Shown: positions 1-5,867 of the stretch, in pieces
How the letters are laid out: every line of letters begins with the position of its first letter
Position numbering within the stretch: position 1 is the stretch's first letter
Source of the DNA: Terriglobia bacterium
GTDB taxonomy: Bacteria > Acidobacteriota > Terriglobia > Terriglobales > Acidobacteriaceae
Length of the DNA stretch: 37,291 nucleotides
NCBI GenBank assembly: GCA_021323935.1
Contig: JAJPJZ010000240.1
Coordinates: 1-37,291, forward strand
Direction: 5' to 3'
The notes under the pieces: model-generated
What the model was told of the DNA's origin: nothing
Database searches by the model: none
What the model saw: the letters and a program-made list of their open reading frames with translations, nothing else
Position numbers and translations under genes: made by a program

Positions 1-2
1 AG

Positions 3-386
3 TTCGAAACCGTGAGCGGCAAAGACGCCAAGGCCTCGGGGCTGGTGGGAGAGCGCGCCAACGACAACGACCAGTTCATCAAAGTGTATTTGACGGCTGC
101 AGTGCCCAAGGGCGGCGAAACGCGCATTCGCATCTTCAAGACCTACACCGACGCGCCTTCCTATTACGTGGATAAAGACGGGCTGCTGGTGTTTGCGCGG
201 CCGCTCGGCATTCGCCGCAACATCATCGTGTTGCCCGCAGGCTGGGAGCTGATCGGCTCAGCCGCGCCCGGCATCGTTTCAACCGACCGCGATGGGCGCG
301 TGCACATCAGCTTCTACAACGATCGCGACGACCAGATGCCGGTGCGCATTACCGCGCGCCGTCTGGCGGCAGGAGGCCAGCAATGA
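3..386 (+). CDS. hypothetical protein, C-terminal part (5' end lies upstream of the window); paralog of the next ORF
   Basis: The frame is open from the window edge to TGA 384-386. The last ~95 aa (ETRIRIFKTYTD..KDGLLVFARPLG..LPAGWEL..GRVHISFYNDRDD) align colinearly with the C-terminus of ORF 383..1117. ATGA stop/start overlap with that ORF. Confidence 0.6.
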   Translation, partial: FETVSGKDAKASGLVGERANDNDQFIKVYLTAAVPKGGETRIRIFKTYTDAPSYYVDKDGLLVFARPLGIRRNIIVLPAGWELIGSAAPGIVSTDRDGRVHISFYNDRDDQMPVRITARRLAAGGQQ

Positions 387-1117
387 TGCAGCGTTTGCGC
401 TTCTCGATTTTTGCGGGAATGCCGCCGCGGGCGCATCGCGCGTGCTGCAGCAGCAGGCTCGAAAAGAAAGCTGCGAAGCGAACGCCTTCCCCGCGATGGC
501 TCGCGTTTTCACTTGTGCTGCTCGCCCCCCTTGCCGCGCTGGCGCAGGATACGGATTCATTTCATCGGGCCGCGCAGGACCGCGAAATTTCCTATTGGCT
601 GCTCGCGCCTGAGACCCACCAGTTCCGCATTTCGCACGATTTCAACGTCTCGCGCCCGGGGCAGAAATACGTACACAGCTTTGTCCGCAGCGGCAGCGTG
701 GTTTCATCGGGATCCAGGATGTTTGACCTTGATCGCGGCGTTGAGCTGAAGACTTACACGGTCAAAGGCAGCGAGGTGAACGCGCTGCACTATTATCCCA
801 ATCCGACCGCGCCTGATTCAGTGGTGGTGCAGGGCGACCTCGACCACGCGCTCGGCGAAGGCGAGAGCGTCCGCATCCGCGTAGAGGAAACCTACACCGA
901 TCCGGTGGGATACACCGAAAAAGACGGCGAGCTGGTGTGGACGCGCACGCTCGGCCGCCCCATGAACCGGGTCACGCTGCCGGCGGGCTGGAAGCTGACC
1001 TCGGTGAACGTGCCGGCTGTCATTACCCTCGACGGGCAGGGCCGCGTGAGCTTGCGCTTTGTGAATCCAAGAAATGACGAGCTGAACATCACGATCAAGG
1101 CGAAGAAGCGAAGCTGA
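383..1117 (+). CDS. secreted hypothetical protein (paralog of upstream ORF)
   Basis: 244-aa ORF. Signal-peptide-like WLAFSLVLLAPLAALAQD. C-terminal region (ESVRIRVEETYTD..KDGELVWTRTLG..LPAGWKL..GRVSLRFVNPRND) is paralogous to ORF 3..386. The real start may be an internal Met (419). Confidence 0.7.
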   Translation: MMQRLRFSIFAGMPPRAHRACCSSRLEKKAAKRTPSPRWLAFSLVLLAPLAALAQDTDSFHRAAQDREISYWLLAPETHQFRISHDFNVSRPGQKYVHSFVRSGSVVSSGSRMFDLDRGVELKTYTVKGSEVNALHYYPNPTAPDSVVVQGDLDHALGEGESVRIRVEETYTDPVGYTEKDGELVWTRTLGRPMNRVTLPAGWKLTSVNVPAVITLDGQGRVSLRFVNPRNDELNITIKAKKRS

Positions 1118-1144
1118 TGGCAAGGCGAAGAAGCGAAGCTGATG
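1096..1144. repeat. perfect 24-nt tandem direct repeat (period 25) spanning the stop codon of ORF 383..1117
   Basis: CAAGGCGAAGAAGCGAAGCTGATG occurs at 1096-1119 and again at 1121-1144, separated by a single G. The first copy contains the last codons and the TGA (1115-1117). Confidence 0.9.
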
Positions 1145-1165
1145 ACGCGCGCTGCTTCAGCCCGA

Positions 1166-1885
1166 TCAAGGCAGCTCAGGCGGTTCGCCGGCCTGGGGCC
1201 GCCCCTGCGTGGGGCGCATCTCCAGCGCCTGGCCGATAATCTCGCGCTCGTTATCGGTGAAGCGCGAGCGAAACAGCGGCGACGAGAGTTGCTGCTGCCG
1301 CTCCTGCGGCGGCAATGCGCTCAACTCGCTGACGGCATTCTTCACCGCCTGCTGGCGCCCGGCGGGAAGGCCGCGATAACGCCGCGCCAGTTCGTTCTCC
1401 TCTTGCCGCTGTTCCGGCGGAAGATGCTCGCGCATTTCCATGCGGTCGAGCATGCGGTCCTGCTGCTCAGGAGTTAAGGAATTGAAGTGCTGCAGGCGCT
1501 CGCGCATCTGGTCCTGCTGCTGCGGCGCCAGCCGGCGAAATGCCGGGTCGCTTTGCAGTTGCTGCAGTTGCTGATTGAGCGGCAAGTTGCGGTTGCGCCG
1601 CAGCCAGTCACCGGCGTGCGGCCCGGGGCCAAACATGCGCGCGCCACCCAGGCCGCGCTGCGCCTGATTCTGCTGCTGCGGCTGGTTGCTCGCAGGCTGC
1701 TGGCCAAAGCCGCCGCTGTTGCGGGGCGGCGGCTGGAAGCCGCGTTGTTCACGCTGCGCCTGTTGCCGCTCCTGGCGCTGCTCCTGCCGCTGCATGCGCT
1801 GGTCGCGCCCGTTTTGCGCAGCCGCGCCTGCCACCAGCAGCACTGCCGCGGCGCCAAGCCATATCGAATTGGGCCCGAACTTCAT
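1166..1885 (-). CDS. Q/R-rich periplasmic protein, DUF3106-like, with LTxxQ-type motifs
   Basis: ORF 1166..1933. The likely start is ATG 1885 (AAGG 3 nt upstream), giving signal peptide MKFGPNSIWLGAAAVLLVAGAAAQ. Repeated LTPEQQ / LPPEQR / LPPQER motifs. It is the third gene after the sigma/anti-sigma pair on the same strand. Confidence 0.7.
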   Translation of the reverse strand: MKFGPNSIWLGAAAVLLVAGAAAQNGRDQRMQRQEQRQERQQAQREQRGFQPPPRNSGGFGQQPASNQPQQQNQAQRGLGGARMFGPGPHAGDWLRRNRNLPLNQQLQQLQSDPAFRRLAPQQQDQMRERLQHFNSLTPEQQDRMLDRMEMREHLPPEQRQEENELARRYRGLPAGRQQAVKNAVSELSALPPQERQQQLSSPLFRSRFTDNEREIIGQALEMRPTQGRPQAGEPPELP

Positions 1886-1936
1886 AACCTTGTGTAAGCC
1901 GCTGTTGCGTAACCTTCGAACCACCGCGATCATTCG

Positions 1937-2449
1937 CTAATTGCTCACCGCTGCGCTTCCGCCCACGTCGTCAAGCAAATCGAAGTTGGCGTACATATCG
2001 AAATTGCGGTCGAGTGTTTCCAAATCGGCTACCGGCGTGCCGCGATCGGCCGGGACTGCTTCTGCACTGTGCAGCGGATGCTCGCCGTTGGTGGCGGCAT
2101 CGCCCGTACGGAACATCACCACGCCGCCCACCAGGAGCACGGCCATGGCCGAGGCCAGCGCGGCCCTGCGGCCGGCCAGGAACGCGGTTCCAAACATCGC
2201 GCGCAGGCGCGCGGCAAAACCCACTGGCTGCTGCGCTTCCTCGCGCAGGCGGGCGCGCAGGCGGGTGCTGAAATACGGCGAAGGCTCCGGCGCCTGCCAT
2301 TCATCCAGCAGCGCCATGGTTTGCTGCATCGCCTTCCACTCCCCGGTACACGCCGAGCAGCCGGCCAGGTGAAGCCGGGCTTCACTGCTCGCCATTTCCG
2401 GCGCCGCGCCCGCTTCGATCAGCTCTTCGCGAACCTTCATGCACTTCAT
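1937..2449 (-). CDS. anti-sigma factor, zf-HC2 type, single-pass membrane
   Basis: N-terminal H-x3-C-x2-C (HLAGCSAC), one TM helix (AALASAMAVLLVGGVVMF), and position 30 nt downstream of an ECF sigma gene. Confidence 0.8.
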   Translation of the reverse strand: MKCMKVREELIEAGAAPEMASSEARLHLAGCSACTGEWKAMQQTMALLDEWQAPEPSPYFSTRLRARLREEAQQPVGFAARLRAMFGTAFLAGRRAALASAMAVLLVGGVVMFRTGDAATNGEHPLHSAEAVPADRGTPVADLETLDRNFDMYANFDLLDDVGGSAAVSN

Positions 2450-2479
2450 AACGTCCTCAATTCCCCCGTGCCGCCCGGC

Positions 2480-3220
2480 CTAGATGAATTCCTTCAGCCG
2501 CTCGCGCAGCGTTTCATAGGCCCGGAACAGCAGTGACTTCGTGGCTGATTCGCTGAGTTTCAGCACTTCAGCAATCTGGCGGTAATCCATGTTCTGGTAC
2601 TTGTGCATCAGCACCGCCATGCGCTGACGCTCAGGCAAATTCTCAACGTGGCGGCGAATCGCTGCCAGCCGCTCCCGCCGCAGCATCGCCTGTTCGGCGG
2701 TGATGTGCGGATCGGCTACGTCAATGGCGAGCCCGGTTTCTTCATCCTGCTCATCAATGCTCACCGTCTGGTCGGCGCGCTCAGCCTTGGAATCGCGCGC
2801 GTGGTTCACGCCCAGGTTGGTCGCAATGCGATAGAGCCAGGTGGTGAACTTCGCCTCGGCCGCATAGGTGTGCCGCGAGCGATACACCCGCAGGAACACT
2901 TCCTGGGCCAGCTCTTCTGCCACCGCCTGGTTGTGCGCCATGCGGTACATGAAGCTGACAATCGGCCGGCGGAACTTCTCCACCAGGTAATCGAAGGCGG
3001 CATCGTCGCCGGCCTTCACCCGGAGCATCACGTCAGCGTCGGTCAGTTCGGTATAGCTGCCCACCGGAACCAGAATCTCTGTGTTCCTTTCGCGAACTCG
3101 AACCACCTCGGGTTGGAGTGCCAGGGTCGCCATCTCACTTGACGAAACCCCTTCACTGCCCGAAAGTTGCGAGGATTTTGCTGCCCCGGAAGAGCCGGAA
3201 TTTGGGTACTTTGGTGACAT
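2480..3220 (-). CDS. ECF (sigma-70 family, sigma-24/RpoE-like) RNA polymerase sigma factor
   Basis: Region 2 (AFDYLVEKFRRPIVSFMYRM..AEELAQEVFLRVYRS..FTTWLYRIATNL) and region 4 (LPERQRMAVLMHKYQNMDYRQIAEVLKLSESATKSLLFRAYETLRE). An S/G-rich N-terminal extension may mean the real start is the internal Met (about 3133). Confidence 0.9.
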   Translation of the reverse strand: MSPKYPNSGSSGAAKSSQLSGSEGVSSSEMATLALQPEVVRVRERNTEILVPVGSYTELTDADVMLRVKAGDDAAFDYLVEKFRRPIVSFMYRMAHNQAVAEELAQEVFLRVYRSRHTYAAEAKFTTWLYRIATNLGVNHARDSKAERADQTVSIDEQDEETGLAIDVADPHITAEQAMLRRERLAAIRRHVENLPERQRMAVLMHKYQNMDYRQIAEVLKLSESATKSLLFRAYETLRERLKEFI

Positions 3221-3341
3221 CTACAGCCGGGTACTGGCTCCTGCCGATTCTACATTAGCGTCCTAACTTCGTGATTCGCCGAGCTCCGCCGCGCACGGCC
3301 CGGCGGCTGGGTAACTGCTTTTCGCGACCCACGGCCAGCTT

Positions 3342-3350
3342 TGGTATAAT
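3342..3350 (+). promoter_or_regulatory. extended -10 promoter candidate (TGgTATAAT)
   Basis: TGGTATAAT at 3342-3350, about 170 nt upstream of tRNA-Val. No CDS lies between. Confidence 0.35.
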
Positions 3351-3519
3351 GAGGGTGTTCGCACCTTTGGCTGGTTCCAATCAGGAGCATCGGCCAATTT
3401 TTACCGGACAAGCAGCGACGGTCAGGCGCGCTTCTGTAGCGCCGGCCGTAAATCTGAATTCAAGACCCGGCCCCGGTGCATGTGGCCTGCGGCCGAGCAG
3501 TTTTAATCGAAGCAGATCC

Positions 3520-3594
3520 GGGCGCTTAACTCAGCGGTAGAGTGCCATCTTCACACGGTGGAAGTCATAGGTTCGAATCCTATAGCGCCCACCA
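3520..3594 (+). tRNA. tRNA-Val (anticodon CAC), CCA encoded
   Basis: Cloverleaf folded by hand: acceptor GGGCGCT/AGCGCCC, D arm ACTC..GAGT, anticodon stem CCATC/GGTGG with loop TTCACAC, T arm ATAGG-TTCGAAT-CCTAT, discriminator A plus CCA. Confidence 0.95.
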
Positions 3595-3990
3595 TAACTC
3601 CGGAGCGCGGCGGTTGGCAGGCTTGTAGTCGCCTGGTTTGCCGGCGCGAGCCGTGACCTCGAGTGCGGGCTCACTGCGCGGCAAGAGCCGGCCATAAGGG
3701 CTGTTTTATCGCACCAGGATTCCGGCTGTGGGAAACGAGGCTCTTGCGCCGGGTGAGAAACGCGGTTAACATCCGGTGCAACGTCAGGCCATGAGCCTGA
3801 ACTGAAGTCAGGGTCGCAGTCCTGAGCGATCCATTCGGCGGCTGGTTCAACGCGGCCGCCTCCGTTGCGCGCTCGTCTTGCGCGGGCGGACAGGAAATAT
3901 CGCGGGCATTGCGCCGCGCCTGGCAGCATGAACGCCGGGGCGGCCACCGAAGCAAAGCACACCAGCCATGCTGCCGTTTTCGGTTTTTCT
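3595..3990 (+). ncRNA. candidate structured non-coding trailer co-transcribed with tRNA-Val (unclassified)
   Basis: No credible ORF. Perfect stems at 3681-3689/3739-3747 (9 bp), 3784-3800, 3808-3825 and 3837-3842/3855-3860. Ends in a terminator-like element at 3922-3989. Confidence 0.3.
3922..3989 (+). terminator. intrinsic-terminator-like element (long stem-loop plus U tracts)
   Basis: GGCAGCATG (3922-3930) pairs perfectly with CATGCTGCC (3967-3975) and is followed by GTTTTCGGTTTTTC. The 36-nt interior is large for a canonical terminator. Confidence 0.45.
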
Positions 3991-4022
3991 GCCCGGCTTG
4001 AACTTGAAGTGATTCCCCGAAT

Positions 4023-4038
4023 TGGCAACCACGTGGCA
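4023..4038 (+). promoter_or_regulatory. sigma-54-like -24/-12 element candidate (TGGCAA-N5-TGGCA)
   Basis: The GG and GC dinucleotides have the canonical 12-nt register (G4024, G4036). Two mismatches to TGGCAC-N5-TTGCA. About 105 nt upstream of the 4140 ORF. No enhancer-binding protein gene is nearby. Confidence 0.2.
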
Positions 4039-4139
4039 CGCAACACCTCCTACGCTGAACGTGTGTCACTGAACGGCCGCCGGGAAAAGCAGCTCCAATA
4101 AAGCAATCGGAAGGCGCCCTGAACCCAGGGCGGGATGAA

Positions 4140-4952
4140 GTGCAAATGAACGAAACCAATCAGCCTACCGGCGGTGGGCAAGGCCAGGGCCGCCCGGGAG
4201 GAAGACGCAATCGGCGGCGGCGCATGCGCCGCGGCGGGCCCGGCGGTCAACCCAATCAGAATGCGCAGGGGCAAGGCCAGAACCAGGGACAGGGACATCA
4301 GGGCCAGCAGCCTCGGCACAATCATCCCGGGCAGCAGAGGCGGCGCAAGCGTCCGCGGCAGCAGCCGTCGTTCACCGGCCCAATGGACCACAGCTATCGT
4401 GCCCAGCCGGCTGACAACAACGGCAATCGCGGCCAGGTGAACCGCGCCGGCCAGGTGCCGCGCTTTTTCCAGCACGCCGACGTTGAGCCGCTGCAGGCGG
4501 TGGAAGCCTCGGCCCAGCCGCACATCTTCGCGTTTGTTGACGACCTGTTTTTCCTGGCCAAGATCCAGGAGACGGCACGCAAGCTGAACGTCAAAGTGGA
4601 TTTCGTCAAGAGCGAGCAGGACGTGCTGGATCGGCTGACCGGCGAAAACGGACATGTCGCGGCTGCGGCCGCCCATGGCAAGGCGGCGGCTGCGCAGGAG
4701 GCGCCCGCGCTGGTCATTATCGATTTGAACAGCAACAGCATCAAGCCGCTCACCGTGGCGCACAAGCTCAAGGCGCGCTTCAAGCGCGACACCAGCGTCA
4801 TCGGTTTCGTTTCGCATGTCCAAGGCGACCTGAAGATGAAAGCCATCGAAGCCGGCTGCGATATGGTGGTTCCGCGCTCAGCTTTCTCGCAGAACCTGCC
4901 CCAGATTCTGCGCCGCCACGCCACCAGCGAAGCGGAAGAGCAGGTTCAGTAG
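4140..4952 (+). CDS. receiver-like (CheY-fold) domain protein with a long Arg/Gly/Gln-rich low-complexity N-terminus
   Basis: The first ~100 aa are G/Q/R/N/P-rich (GGGQGQGRPGGRRNRRRRMRRGG..QGQGQNQGQGHQGQQ..QQRRRKRPRQQ). The C-terminal ~125 aa look like a receiver (IFAFVDDLFF..ALVIIDLNSNSIKPL..VIGFVSH..AGCDMVVPRSAF) but lack the conserved Lys. Start is GTG 4140 or ATG 4146. Confidence 0.75.
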   Translation: MQMNETNQPTGGGQGQGRPGGRRNRRRRMRRGGPGGQPNQNAQGQGQNQGQGHQGQQPRHNHPGQQRRRKRPRQQPSFTGPMDHSYRAQPADNNGNRGQVNRAGQVPRFFQHADVEPLQAVEASAQPHIFAFVDDLFFLAKIQETARKLNVKVDFVKSEQDVLDRLTGENGHVAAAAAHGKAAAAQEAPALVIIDLNSNSIKPLTVAHKLKARFKRDTSVIGFVSHVQGDLKMKAIEAGCDMVVPRSAFSQNLPQILRRHATSEAEEQVQ

Positions 4953-5111
4953 GCAAGCGGCGGCAAACGGAACATCTGCGCCGTGTGTGCCTGGCCACGC
5001 CGCGTGTCCCTGGCGACACGCCGGCTGAGGCCGCGCGCGACCATTCGCTCGCATTTTTGTGCATTTTAAAAATTGGCGGTTAGCTTGCTCTTCGACCAGC
5101 TCGGAGGCGCC

Positions 5112-5867
5112 ATGCTGCTGAGCCGACGAGTGGCCGCCCTGCTCATCGCGATTGCGGCGGTGCTGCCGCTAAGTGGAAGCAGGCGCGCCCCAAACCACCA
5201 GCCTGACCTGGTTCTTTGGGCATGGGAGCGGCCTGAAGACCTCCGTTCCGCCGAGCCCAACCACGTCGAAATCGCCTACCTGGCCGAGACCCTCACCGTC
5301 GGCCGTTCCGGCCTGGGCGTTCACCATCGCATGCAGCCGCTGAGAGTTGCGCCGCTTACCCAGGTGATCGCGACGGTGCGGCTCGAATCGGGTTCCGGTG
5401 CCGATCTCGGTGCCGCCACCCGCGAGCGCGTGGTCCAGGAATTGGCCACGGTCGCAGGGCTTCAGCGGGTCAGCGGCCTGCACACCGATTTTGACGCTGT
5501 TGCCTCGCCGCGCGAGTTCTACCGCGCGCTCCTGAGCGAGCTGCGCGCGCGCCTGGGCCCGGGGCAATGGATTGGCATCACCGCTCTCGCCTCCTGGTGC
5601 ATGGCTGACGATTGGATGGACGGCCTTCCCGTCAATGAAGCTGTGCCGATGCTGTTCAGCCTGGGCGCAGGGCGCGCCGATGCTGAAGCCTACCTTGAAA
5701 GCGGGGCAGATTTTCGTTCGCCGCTCTGTCGCCACAGCGTGGGGTTGCGCCTGGGCGACAGCCTCACCCTCATTCCGCATCATCGCCGCGTTTACATCTT
5801 CAGCGATCGCGCCTGGAATGCTGACCTGGTGGCGCGCGCCGATCACATTGCGAGGCAACTGCAATGA
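5112..5867 (+). CDS. membrane-anchored/secreted hypothetical protein, DUF3142-like
   Basis: ORF 5073..5867. ATG 5112 has GGAGG 5 nt upstream and yields MLLSRRVAALLIAIAAVLPLSG. The motif GLHTDFDAV..FYRALLSELRARLGP..IGITALASW resembles my memory of DUF3142 (D-x-D ... ITALPSW). ATGA overlap with the next gene. Confidence 0.65.
   Translation: MLLSRRVAALLIAIAAVLPLSGSRRAPNHQPDLVLWAWERPEDLRSAEPNHVEIAYLAETLTVGRSGLGVHHRMQPLRVAPLTQVIATVRLESGSGADLGAATRERVVQELATVAGLQRVSGLHTDFDAVASPREFYRALLSELRARLGPGQWIGITALASWCMADDWMDGLPVNEAVPMLFSLGAGRADAEAYLESGADFRSPLCRHSVGLRLGDSLTLIPHHRRVYIFSDRAWNADLVARADHIARQLQ

Noticed and set aside
3271-3540. 89-aa plus ORF upstream of and overlapping tRNA-Val
   Set aside because: Its composition is Arg/Ala/Pro-rich. 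It overlaps the tRNA body and has no SD, so it is judged spurious.
3595-4139. RNase P RNA, tmRNA or SRP RNA in the long non-coding stretch after tRNA-Val
   Set aside because: The hallmark motifs are absent on either strand: GGAAAGUCCGGGC and ACAGAA.CCGGCUUA for RNase P, a tRNA-like CCA end with GGUUCGA for tmRNA, and GGUCCGGAAGGAAGCAGCC for SRP. The region is therefore kept only as an unclassified candidate.
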